DNA of 64,000 nt from an uncultured delta proteobacterium (GTDB taxonomy: Bacteria > Desulfobacterota > Binatia > UBA9968). How positions within the stretch are numbered: the first letter of the stretch is position 1; each line of letters starts with the position of its first letter. The DNA is taken from positions 108,518 through 172,517 of the forward strand of contig CAWJZV010000027.1 in NCBI GenBank assembly GCA_963847445.1. The letters run 5' to 3'. This document shows, piece by piece, positions 42,419 through 51,965 of the stretch. The notes beneath the pieces were generated by a model that did not search any database, was not told the DNA's origin, and was given only the letters and a program-made list of their open reading frames with translations. Position numbers and translations under genes: made by a program.

Positions 42419-42979
42419 CTAACCCGAAACCGTGTCGGGGGAAACCAATCGCCTGTTCGCTTCGGCAAATACTTCTCTAGCGTGCTCGATGTCGAAGGGC
42501 CGCTCCTGAAGCGTTTGCGGATCCCATTCGCTGCGCGGCACGGTGAAGAAGTCGCCGCCGTAGACGTGGATCGCCGCTGTGATCCGGTCGAGTGGATTGG
42601 TGACTGCGTGGATGACTGCTTCGCCAAGCGGAAGAGTGTCTTTGAGTGTGAGCGTCTTTGCGCCGTGCGCCTGGAGACCGCTTTCGCTCCTGTGATAGAA
42701 CGAGTTGTCCTCCCGCCCGCTGTAGATTCCGATCACCGCCCACATTCGATGGTCATGCGGGTATAGAGTCATCCCGGGTCCCCACAGGACGTTTAAAATC
42801 GTCAATGTGTCAGAGCGGTAGAGCGTCTGGATGCCTGAGAGTCTCGGCTCTCCCAGCGTCTTGAGAATCGGGCCCGGTTCACTCACCGCTCTGCCGACGA
42901 CTTCACGCACCGCAGCGTGGGAATTTTGCTCTCCAAGGCACCGGCGACAATCCTCAATAAACCCATCCGATTCAAACAT
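42419..42979 (-). CDS. Cysteine-dioxygenase-like cupin metalloenzyme
   Basis: PHDH..WAVIGIY.G.E, IHAV.NP and AIHVYG motifs. Confidence 0.8.
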   Translation of the reverse strand: MFESDGFIEDCRRCLGEQNSHAAVREVVGRAVSEPGPILKTLGEPRLSGIQTLYRSDTLTILNVLWGPGMTLYPHDHRMWAVIGIYSGREDNSFYHRSESGLQAHGAKTLTLKDTLPLGEAVIHAVTNPLDRITAAIHVYGGDFFTVPRSEWDPQTLQERPFDIEHAREVFAEANRRLVSPDTVSG

Positions 42980-43207
42980 AATCCGACTCCTTTCGGCTGG
43001 CGATAAGAAGCAGGCGGGCGGTGAGTGACTAGATCTCTTCTAGTCGCGGAGTTCATGGTTAGTCAAGTCGTTAGGGGCGACATCCAATGATGAGGAAAGC
43101 TGATGGGCACGTCTTGCAATGATACATCCCGGGCTCCGTGTCGGGATTGACAGTCGTGACGCCGGAACAAAAGCGCGATCGTGACCGCACCTCTGCGCGA
43201 TGGTGCC

Positions 43208-43462
43208 CTAGTGACGATTCGTCTTGGATGCGTAGTGGTCCCAGGACGATTCAAATAAATGAGTCGGCATGCTGCCGAATTTTCCCGGCATATCAGCATC
43301 GACAATCGCCTTCGCGTCGCCTATCGCCGATGCCATGTACTGCACCTTGGCCGACCGTTCGATCAAGATCGTGAGTAGCGTTGCTTCCTGAATATTTGCG
43401 GCCACGGTGACAGCTCACTGCCGCGCAGCAATAGCGCCACACTGGAACCCAACGCGTTGATC
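43208..43462 (-). pseudogene. C-terminal fragment of a class II aldolase/adducin protein
   Basis: ALGSSVALLLRG / VTVAANIQEA....IERSAKVQ; no N-terminus. Confidence 0.6.
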
Positions 43463-43544
43463 ATAAGTTCTGCTGTTGCGGATTTGCTCGATGAACCCTT
43501 CGTGCGTGTTGACCCGTGGCTGGGATTAAGTTTCAATTTCAGCC

Positions 43545-44567
43545 ATGAACAAAAAGATTGCGCTGGTTTTGATTCTGTTATTTGGCGCTGGCTTCGCGCT
43601 CAACAGCTTTGCCCAGACGAACTCGACAGCCGGCGCGCCGACCGCGGGTACCGTCGCCGCCACGAAAAAATTCCTCGCCACGCTTGATGATGCCCAGCGT
43701 GGCAAGGTCGTCTTTGATTTCAAAGACGAGGCGCAGCGCAAGCGCTGGTCGAACCTTCCGACAGCAATCTTCAAACGCCAGGGCTTGCGCATGGGCGACC
43801 TGACAAAACCCCAGCGCGACGCCATGCTGGCGGTGCTGGCAGCGGCGTTGAGTCCGCAGGGGTATGAGAAGATTCTGCAGATCGTCGAGGCCGACGAGTC
43901 GTTGAGAAAATCGAGCGGCCAGGCGATGTTTGGGCGCGATGAATATTATGTCTCGTTGCTCGGCCAGCCTTCCAGCACCGAACCGTGGATGATTCAGTTC
44001 GGCGGGCACCATCTCGGCCTCAACATTACGCTTGCCGGCGAGCAACGCACGCTCGCCCCCAGCCACACCGGCGCGCAGCCGGCGATTTACGAACTCGAAG
44101 GCAAGACGGTGCGCCCCCTCGGTCGCGAGACCGACAAGGCGTTTGCCCTGCTTAGTTCGCTCAACGACGCGCAGCGCAAGCAGGCCATCCTTGACTTCCA
44201 GATGCGCGACCTGGTGCTCGGGCCCGGCCGCGACGGGCAGACGATTCAGCCGGAAGGAATCAAAGGCTCGGCCCTGACCGACAAGCAGCGCCAGATGCTG
44301 CTGGATCTCGCCAGCGAATGGACCGGCATCATGCACGAAGCTGTCGCGCAAGCGAAAATGGACGAGATGAAAAAGAATATCGCCGAAACCTGGTTTGCTT
44401 GGAGCGGCCCAACTGAAAAAGGCAGCGCCGCTTACTTCCGCATCCAAGGCCCTACGGTAATCATCGAATACGCCCCGCAGCGCTTGGGCGGCGACGCGAC
44501 CAAGCACATCCACACGATTTACCGCGATCCAACCAACGATTACGGAATTAAATGGCGGAAACCGTGA
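43545..44567 (+). CDS. DUF3500 domain-containing exported protein
   Basis: Signal peptide; WSNLP, LSPQGY, QFGGHHL.LN, FAWSG, YFRIQGP..IEY, HIHTIYRDPTNDYG. Confidence 0.9.
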   Translation: MNKKIALVLILLFGAGFALNSFAQTNSTAGAPTAGTVAATKKFLATLDDAQRGKVVFDFKDEAQRKRWSNLPTAIFKRQGLRMGDLTKPQRDAMLAVLAAALSPQGYEKILQIVEADESLRKSSGQAMFGRDEYYVSLLGQPSSTEPWMIQFGGHHLGLNITLAGEQRTLAPSHTGAQPAIYELEGKTVRPLGRETDKAFALLSSLNDAQRKQAILDFQMRDLVLGPGRDGQTIQPEGIKGSALTDKQRQMLLDLASEWTGIMHEAVAQAKMDEMKKNIAETWFAWSGPTEKGSAAYFRIQGPTVIIEYAPQRLGGDATKHIHTIYRDPTNDYGIKWRKP

Positions 44568-45147
44568 CCAGGACACTCTGCCACCTGCCGCTGCTGCTCG
44601 CGTTGCTTGCGGTTCCGTCCGTCGTTTTCGCCCATCGGGACGACCAGTATCTGCAAGCGACGCTCGTGGCCATCGAACCGAGCGGCGTCCGGCTGCAAAT
44701 CAACCTTACGCCGGGCGTGGCTGTCGCCGAACGGGTGATCGCGCAGATCGACCGCGACCGCGACGGCGCGATTTCCAGGAACGAAGCGGCAGTCTATGCC
44801 GAGTTGCTGAAGCGCGATCTCACGCTCCGCATAGACGGGCGAAAGTTAGAATTGAAGCTGACCGCGTCTGAATTCGTCCCGCCGGCAGAACTGCGCACGG
44901 TTCGGGAACAATTCAGATGGAATTCTCGGCAATCTCCGGCCCGCTCGCGGCCGGTCCCCACAGGCTCACGCTCGAAAACCGGCATTTAACCCCGATGAGT
45001 GTGTATCTCATCAACGCTGTTCAGCCCAGGTTTGCCACGGTCCAGATCACCAGGCAGAAACGCAACGACAACCAGAGCGCGGGGGAAATCGAATTCAGCT
45101 TTCATCCGTTGCGTCCAAAGATTGCTGTATCCGGTGCGCGGTCTTGA
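44552..45147 (+). CDS. Exported hypothetical protein (HupE/UreJ-associated N-domain-like; frameshift near 44900)
   Basis: AHRDDQYLQAT, EF-hand-like D.DRDG.IS..E, SVYL.NA. Confidence 0.6.
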
Positions 45148-45498
45148 GTGGAAGCGGGATAAGGGATGCAGGGCAACTGAAATTGGTATGCCGAATATAT
45201 GTAACGCTTGGGTGCAGGGTTGGACCAAAGTGAGCGACTCGCCGGTTCAACAACAACGATTTTTCCCAAATGGCAATCAGGTTCGATGAATGGGTGTCTG
45301 GAAATTATTTCTTGACCGGAAAATTATCGGATGTCCCGTTTCACGCTTGTTGCACTTGGAACTCGAGGGGTATCTACAGACTCAAAAAAAGCAAGCGACG
45401 TTCGCGTTAGTCTTGGGGATCGAATCTTGCCCTGTGATTTTCGCCGACCAAGGAATTACCGCTTGCCATCCAACATTCCGCCATGGTAGAGCGCAGCC

Positions 45499-46350
45499 AT
45501 GGTGACGAACCCGCGGAAGCTAATAGTTTTCACGATTTTGCTTATGTTCCTTGCCATGATCGCTGCGCGGGAAATCCGCGCCGCTGCGGCAGTGGAGACT
45601 CAAGGGGGAAAGTTTGCTGGAATGGTCATCATCCCAGCCGGGGAATTTATTATGGGGCGAGACAGCGGCCCAAAAAACGAAACGCCAGCGCACAAATTGT
45701 TTCTCCCAGCCTTCCATATCGATAGAAATCTCGTTACCGCCAGAGAGTTCGCGAAGTTTATCCAGGAAAAAGGTCCCACCGGGCCCAACGGTGAAATGCA
45801 TTTGGATGTCGCGGATCCCGACGCTCTCGTCCACAATCGAGGCGGTAAGTGGCTGCCTAAGGAAGGTTTTGAGAATCACCCTGTCGGTGAGGTGAGCCGG
45901 TACGGTGCTGCCGCCTATTGCACGTGGGCCGGTAAGCGGCTCCCCAGCGAAGCGGAATGGGAAAAGTCCGCTCGTGGAACCGACGGCCGGCTCTACCCCT
46001 GGGGTAATGACATGCCCCGCCCTGATCTGGCGTTTATCGGCGGATTTCGCGGTCAAACGGTTCCCGTCGGGCAGTTTCCCAAAGGGGCAAGCCCCTACGG
46101 GGTTCTCGATATGGCAGGACAGGTTTGGGAATGGACTCGTTCGATTTATAAACCCTATCCCTATAATCCAAAGGACGGACGCGAGGAGCCGGCGTCCACC
46201 GACACGGTGGTCGCCCGCGGCGGTCATTCATCCAGCAGTCCCGAAGGGCTTACGTCCACATCCCGTGAGGTCGTTGACGCCGGTCGCGCCGCCACGGGCC
46301 ACGCCTACATAGGATTCCGTTGTGTATCCGACACGCTGATGGTTTTGTAA
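45499..46350 (+). CDS. FGE-sulfatase (SUMF1/EgtB/PvdO) domain protein
   Basis: IPAGEF.MG, P.H, RLPSEAEWEK.ARG, YPWG, DMAG.VWEW, GFRC. Confidence 0.9.
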   Translation: MVTNPRKLIVFTILLMFLAMIAAREIRAAAAVETQGGKFAGMVIIPAGEFIMGRDSGPKNETPAHKLFLPAFHIDRNLVTAREFAKFIQEKGPTGPNGEMHLDVADPDALVHNRGGKWLPKEGFENHPVGEVSRYGAAAYCTWAGKRLPSEAEWEKSARGTDGRLYPWGNDMPRPDLAFIGGFRGQTVPVGQFPKGASPYGVLDMAGQVWEWTRSIYKPYPYNPKDGREEPASTDTVVARGGHSSSSPEGLTSTSREVVDAGRAATGHAYIGFRCVSDTLMVL

Positions 46351-46384
46351 AAATCTCCCAGCGCGACCGCTCCAAAGCTTCACT

Positions 46385-46729
46385 GCGGCCTCGCTTTCCT
46401 CTGCGAGCGGCGTGTCCGTCGAAGCCAGGCGATCGATCAAGCAAATCGATTCAGCGGACGTGATCATTATTCCGTCGATCATGGTCCAACGGGGAGCATG
46501 GCAACAGGGCAGATATCCGGCACTCGTCAAATGGCTCGCAGAGATGCATGCCGCGGGAGCGCTATTGTGTTCCACCTGCTCGGGCGTACTGCTACTCGCG
46601 GAAACCGGCCTGCTTGACGGCAAGGATGCGACGGTGCACTGGATTTACGCGCCGACGTTTCGCCGCAATTTCCCCAACGTGCGGCTGCGACTTGACAGGG
46701 CGCTGGTCGCCGAGGTTGAAGTCCTTTGA
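46385..46729 (+). pseudogene. Internal fragment of a GlxA-family (DJ-1/PfpI + AraC) regulator
   Basis: CSTCSG.LLLAETGLLDG..AT.HW; no HTH and no proper N-terminus. Confidence 0.75.
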
Positions 46730-46877
46730 GCAACGGCGCGGCTTTTGGCGACGACCGAGAAAATCATTGAATCTGGGAGCCCGCCTGGGATCGTCTGACT
46801 TTGCAGTCTAGACTATTCGCACTATATTCCGGCCGTGTCACAACCAACCGTAGCTAGACTCGTTAAGATCCGAAGGC

Positions 46878-46996
46878 GTGTGGCAAACCCGTCATTCACT
46901 TCTTTCTCTCTTACTCTCTTAGGCGAGCAGCTTCTTGATGCTCGCGCGCTCCTGCATGCGCTTGAAATGCGCCATGACGTTGGGGTAGCCGGAGAG
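46878..46996 (-). pseudogene. Degenerate copy of the GST 3' end (copy 3)
   Basis: Minus strand reads LSGYPNVMAHFKRMQERASIKKLLA..EKEVNDGFA, matching the C-terminus of 51255..51899. Confidence 0.8.
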
Positions 46997-47090
46997 CTGG
47001 GGAAATCAAGGGTGTGACTTTTACTTCCAGACGTTGCAGCTCGTGTTTTGTTCATTGCCCACTGGCGCGGTGAATTCAACTCCATCACCC

Positions 47091-47994
47091 CTAGGGCTCA
47101 AGTTGGAAACGCCTGTTGGGAGGATTTCCCGCCTCGAACTTCACTAGCTTCATGCGCGGGACAGAGACGTCGCTGCAAACCTTCCGGATATTTATCTGCT
47201 CGGTGGGCGGTTCCCAGGCGCTCTTCGACTCGCAGCCGACTTTCACACACGCGATTTTCTTCAGCCAGGAGCACACTTTCTCGTCGCCGCCGGCTGCATC
47301 CAACAACTCGGTCTGATACCAACTGGCGGGGCTGTCCTGGGAAGCGTCTAAATGCACGTGCTGCACGTTCGTGTAAAAGCCGCCACCGACCTCCAGCAAG
47401 CTCAGTACCTTTTCCATGAACCGGGCCAAGTCTTCGGTATAGGAGAAGCCGCCGTAGACATCGGTAATCATCTGGAATTTTCCGAGCTCTTCGAGCGAAT
47501 AATGCCGCAGGGACTTGCCGGTGAGATAACGTATACGCTCGCCGAGGCTCGCGGCCAGCTGGTGCCACGCGGCGGTCCGGCGGTCCTCTATGGACATCGC
47601 GACCGCGCTCGCTAAACCGCCGGGCAGGGCGCACTTTTCCGCCGGCGCTGCGGGGTCTGGGGGCGCGTAGTAGTCGAGGATTGCTTGCCCAGCACCCGCG
47701 CCGATATCCAGCCATCGGTCCGAGGTGCCCAGCGCTGCCGAGCGCGTCGCAGAAGCCGGAGGGAAGAAGTCCAGCGTAGTCCGAGAGCCCTCGATTGGTG
47801 ACGTAGCCGTCGGGAACTTCGGCGCCCCGGCTTTGATAGATTTTTTTCTGCTTCGAGGTCTCCTCCTCAATCCGCGATTGAGCGGGTTCCTGTGCCCAGC
47901 CAGCTGCCGGACCAAGCGCTCGCAGGATCATCAAAACGGCTACGACTGTTCCCCCGGTCTTCCACCCTTGCACTGACGATTTGACTGAACGCAT
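47091..47994 (-). CDS. Signal-peptide-bearing class I SAM-methyltransferase-fold protein, copy 2 (frameshift near 47735)
   Basis: ..GWAQEP signal; WLDIGAGAG motif I; ITDVYGGFSY; paralog of 49293..50206. Confidence 0.7.
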
Positions 47995-47999
47995 GACGA

Positions 48000-48075
48000 T
48001 GACTTCCTCCTCGCGTTGAAAAAAGTGCCGTTCTTGAAAGCGTTTTCGAAGCTGTTCCAGCCATAGTCTATGGCG
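48000..48075 (-). pseudogene. 3' stub of an alpha/beta hydrolase
   Basis: IDYGWNSFENAFKNGTFFNARRK versus IDYGWDSFEQAIKNGTFFNARRK at 50206. Confidence 0.8.
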
Positions 48076-48120
48076 CAAGGGGGCTGTCAATAAGTTGCTA
48101 GTCTCTGGAGTGCTGATGCT

Positions 48121-48945
48121 TCAGTCGCAGTTCTTAAGCTTGGACTCCTGACAGCGCCGTGCCATCTCCTGCGCGGTTGCAATCTGCTCGGCGGTCATTT
48201 TTGCGGCAATTCCATCTCGATTCTTGGTCGCCGTATCTCCAGAATCGCCGCTCGATGCTGCGGCAGCGAGGGTAAACCACGCATGCGCGCGGACAAAGTC
48301 CTGCCGCACGCCTGTGCCATGGGTATACATCACAGCCAGATTAATTTGCGCAAATTGGTTTCCCTGCGCCGCCGCGAGGCGATACCACTTTACGGCTTCC
48401 TGAGAATTCTGCGGCACGCCTTGCCCTTTCTCATACGCCAGACCCAGACTGTACTGCGCCGGTGCGTATCCCTGCGCCGCCGCGAGGCGATACCACTTTA
48501 CAGCCTCCCGATCATCCTGCGGCACGCCTTTGCCGTCTGCGTATATCGAACCCAGCCTCGTCTGCGCCCATTCGTCTTCCCGCGCCGCCGCGATGCGATA
48601 CCACTTCACGGCTTCCTGATAATCCTGCGGCACGCCTTGCCCTTTCTCATACGCCAGACCCAGACTATACTGCGCCGGGACATTTCCCTGCGCTGCCGCG
48701 AGGCGATACCACTTTACCGCCTCCTGATAATCCTGCGGCACGCCTTTCCCCTCTGCATATATCAAACCCAGCCTCCGCTGCGCCCATTGGTGTCCCTGCG
48801 CGGCAAGCTGGCGAAAGAGTTTGATCCCCTGAGCATAGTCGCCGCGCTCGTAGGCAGCGCTTGCGTCATCAAAAGGGTTTGATGCGGCAAAACCAGTGGT
48901 ACCGAGTAAACAAAGAATGGCGAGCAAAAGCAGGTTAGTTTTCAT
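48121..48945 (-). CDS. Exported Sel1-like repeat protein
   Basis: Signal peptide; about five 36-aa repeats G.GVPQD..EAVKWYRLAAAQG...AQ..LG, near-identical at DNA level. Confidence 0.92.
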   Translation of the reverse strand: MKTNLLLLAILCLLGTTGFAASNPFDDASAAYERGDYAQGIKLFRQLAAQGHQWAQRRLGLIYAEGKGVPQDYQEAVKWYRLAAAQGNVPAQYSLGLAYEKGQGVPQDYQEAVKWYRIAAAREDEWAQTRLGSIYADGKGVPQDDREAVKWYRLAAAQGYAPAQYSLGLAYEKGQGVPQNSQEAVKWYRLAAAQGNQFAQINLAVMYTHGTGVRQDFVRAHAWFTLAAAASSGDSGDTATKNRDGIAAKMTAEQIATAQEMARRCQESKLKNCD

Positions 48946-49111
48946 GGCGATCGCCATGCGGTTACCGACTGTGGGTTGCTTGAGCATGACTGTTGCAGGA
49001 GTCCGCTCTTGACTGTCGAATTGAGAGGTCGTGAATCGTAAATTTTTAATTTTCGAGCTTGCTCTTTATGCGTCCCGGCAACAGCGCGAGTCGGCAAGGG
49101 TCTATAATTGC

Positions 49112-49230
49112 TTTGGCCGCCTTGGCAAACCCGTCATTTACACCTTTCCCATAGGAAAGCAGCTTCCTAAAACTCGGACGCTTCTGCACGGGCTTGAAAT
49201 GCGCCGCGACGTTGGGGAAGCCTGAAAACC
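49112..49230 (-). pseudogene. Degenerate copy of the GST 3' end (copy 2)
   Basis: FSGFPNVAAHFKPVQKRPSFRKLLSYGKGVNDGFAKAA. Confidence 0.8.
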
Positions 49231-49292
49231 ATCCAACTGGACGCGTCATTGATCTTTGCCGGTTCGCCAACTGTAAGCCAAGATTTATCAGC

Positions 49293-50206
49293 CTACGGGT
49301 CCAATTGGAATCGCCTGTCGGGAGGATATCCCGCCACGAACTCCAATAATTTCATGCGCGGGACAGAGACATCGCTGCAGACCTTCTCGACTTTTATCAG
49401 CTCGGTGGGCCTTTTCCAGTCGCTCTTTGACTCGCAGGTGACTTTCGCGCAGGTGCACTTTTTCAGCCAGGAGCACACTTTCTCGGGCCGGCCGGCGGCA
49501 TCCTCCAGCTCGGTCAGATACCAGGTGCCGAGTTTATCTCGCCACCCTCTAAGTGCACGCCTGGCATCAGCGTGTAGAAGACGCCGCCGACCTCCAGCAA
49601 GCGCAGCACCTTGTCAACGAACCGGGACAAGTCCGCGGTATAGGTGAAGCCGCCGAACACGTCGGTAATGATCTGGAATTTTCCCAGCTCCTCGACTGAA
49701 TAATGGCGCAGGCGACTTGCCGGAGAGATACCGTATACGGTCATCACCGAGACTCGCGGTCTGCTGTCGCCACTTGTCCGTGCGGCGATCCTCGATGGAT
49801 ATCGCGACCGCGCGCGCCTTGGCGCCGGGCCGCGCGCACTTTTCAGCCGACGGCGCGTCGCCTGCGGGTGCGTAGTAGTCCAGTATCGCCTGCGCCGGCG
49901 CCCGCGCCGATATCCAGCCATCGGTCCGAGCTGCCCAGCCTGCCGAGTGCGTCGCAGAACCCGGTGGGAAGAAGCTCCGCGTAGTCCGAGAGCCCTCGAT
50001 TGGTGATGTAGCCGCTGGGAACATCGGCGCCGCGCTTCTGGTAGATTTTTTCCTGCTTGGCGATTTCCTCGTCGAGCCGCGGTTCAGCGGGTTCCTGTGC
50101 CCAGCCAGCTGCTAGACCAAGCGCTCGCAGGATCGATCAAAACGGCTACGACCGCTGCCGCGGTCTTCCATCTTTTCACCAACGATTTGTCTGAACGCAT
50201 GACCAT
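49293..50206 (-). CDS. Signal-peptide-bearing class I SAM-methyltransferase-fold protein, copy 1 (several frameshifts)
   Basis: Same motifs as copy 2; TAATG overlap with the hydrolase stop. Confidence 0.68.
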
Positions 50207-51160
50207 TACTTTCTCCGCGCGTTGAAAAACGTGCCGTTCTTAATGGCTTGTTCAAAGCTGTCCCAGCCATAGTCTATGCTGCCGGTGGCCGCAAGACCGA
50301 AGGCGGAGGCGGTCAGTGCGCTGACGAAAGCGATCTGTGCTTCCTCCGTGTCATCGGGCTGGTCCTCGAATGCGCGCAGCGTGTGCTCGTTCGGATACTG
50401 TGCATCTTGGTGGACCGTGTCCCGTATCGAGATCTCGCCGACCGCGCGCGGAATGAAGCGGTAAAATTGCCCGCGGTTGCGGGTCGGCCAGATGTCCTCG
50501 TCCGCACCGATCACCATCACCGGAACGGTGATCCGCCTCAGCAACTGCGGCAATTCCCGGCCGATCCCGGCGGGATCGAGAAGCACGCCCCCGAGCGCGC
50601 GGGCGCCTGCCCCCAACGCGGTGGCGACGGCGGTTGCGCCGAAAGAGTGGCCCACGAGAATGACCTTGTCCGGGTCGATGCGGTCGTCGACGAGCTGCGG
50701 CGTCCGACGAATCGCGTCGACCAGCCTGGCAAGGGTTCTGCCGTTGGCGATCCATGGGCCCTGTTTGGGCAAGTCGAGAGCCAGGCTATGCATGCCCCAG
50801 GAGGCCAAGTGCATCGCTTGGAAGGCATGGTCCTCCTTGGAATTGTCGAGACCGTGCAACACGATGACCAAGGGGAGCCTTGCGGGCCGCCGCGCATAAG
50901 TATAAGTCCGCTTCCACCGTGAGACCGGAAGCCAGGCGGATTTCCAGGTCTCTGCGCTCGGTGACGGCAAAGGGCCCGCGCAACTTGAACTGCGCTACGT
51001 CGGGCTTGCGGGACAGTAGATATCGCTGGAGCTCGGCGGGGTTTGCGGCCTTTATCGTCGTGACTTCAGTCGCCGGAAACCGGCGCGCACAGCCGACCGA
51101 ATGCGCCATGAGGGCGATCAGCAGAAGGGCGGCAATACGAAAACCTGATTGGCCGATCAC
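50206..51160 (-). CDS. Alpha/beta hydrolase lipoprotein (chlorophyllase/PAF-AH-like; frameshift near 50890)
   Basis: Lipobox SVGC; LHG, HLASWG, GHSFG nucleophile elbow, LLDP. Confidence 0.75.
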
Positions 51161-51254
51161 GGATGCGGTTCCTGGCACTTTAGTCCCGAGAACACTGTAA
51201 GGCACAGCGAGATATTTTTGCTTCTCAGCAACTGCGTGTATCTGCCCAACTCGC

Positions 51255-51899
51255 CTAGGCCGTCTTGGCAAACCCTTCATTCACTTCTTTCTCGTAGGCG
51301 AACAGCTTCTTGACGCTCGGGCGCTCCTGCATGCGCTTGAAATGCGCCACGACGTTGGCGAAGCCGGAGATGTCCACCTCCAATTGGGTAGCGCGGCGGC
51401 AGCACCAAAAGAAATGCGCGTCCGGGGCGGTGAAGTGGTCAAAGAAGTACTCGCGCCCGGCGAGCAAATCGTCGGCGATCTGGAAGTTCTCGAACAGAGC
51501 TTCTGTGGCGAACTTGATGACGCTGTCGGACGCGCCGGTTGCGTCGCAGACTTTGGGCGGGTTGTTGATCCGGCTCAGATAGGGATGAATGCCGCTGGCA
51601 CACCAGCCGTGCAGCGAGATCGCCTGCAACTGGTCCCACGGATCGGCGGGCAGGATCTTCGCCTTGGGAAAGGTCCGATGGACCCATTGATGGATGGCGA
51701 CGTTCTCGGTCAGTATCTTGCCGTCGACCACCAGCGCAGGCACCTTGTGCTTCGGGTTTATTTTCAGATACTCGGGCGAGAAATTCTGCCGCTTGCGGAA
51801 ATTGAGCGGCCGGACCTCGAAATCGGCGCCGGCTTCGGTCAGCGTCACGTAGGGAGCGAGCGCGCAGGTGTTGGGGGCGTAGTAAAGAGCGATTTCCAT
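51255..51899 (-). CDS. Glutathione S-transferase (beta-like)
   Basis: LYYAP.TCAL, INPK.KVPAL, LTEN.AI, FT.PD. Confidence 0.92.
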   Translation of the reverse strand: MEIALYYAPNTCALAPYVTLTEAGADFEVRPLNFRKRQNFSPEYLKINPKHKVPALVVDGKILTENVAIHQWVHRTFPKAKILPADPWDQLQAISLHGWCASGIHPYLSRINNPPKVCDATGASDSVIKFATEALFENFQIADDLLAGREYFFDHFTAPDAHFFWCCRRATQLEVDISGFANVVAHFKRMQERPSVKKLFAYEKEVNEGFAKTA

Positions 51900-51965
51900 T
51901 CAAGTCTCCTTTTTAGTTTGAGTCAGATCCTTCAATTCTAACAATCTTCCGAATCCTTCCTAATC

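Noticed and set aside
43578-44576. Long antisense ORF (also 52035..53279, 28868..29896, 31659..32054 and others)
   Set aside because: These are shadow ORFs opposite well-supported genes, expected from high-GC codon bias.
48330-48800. CRISPR-like regular repeats
   Set aside because: The 108-bp periodicity is the coding Sel1 repeat; there are no unique spacers and no cas genes.
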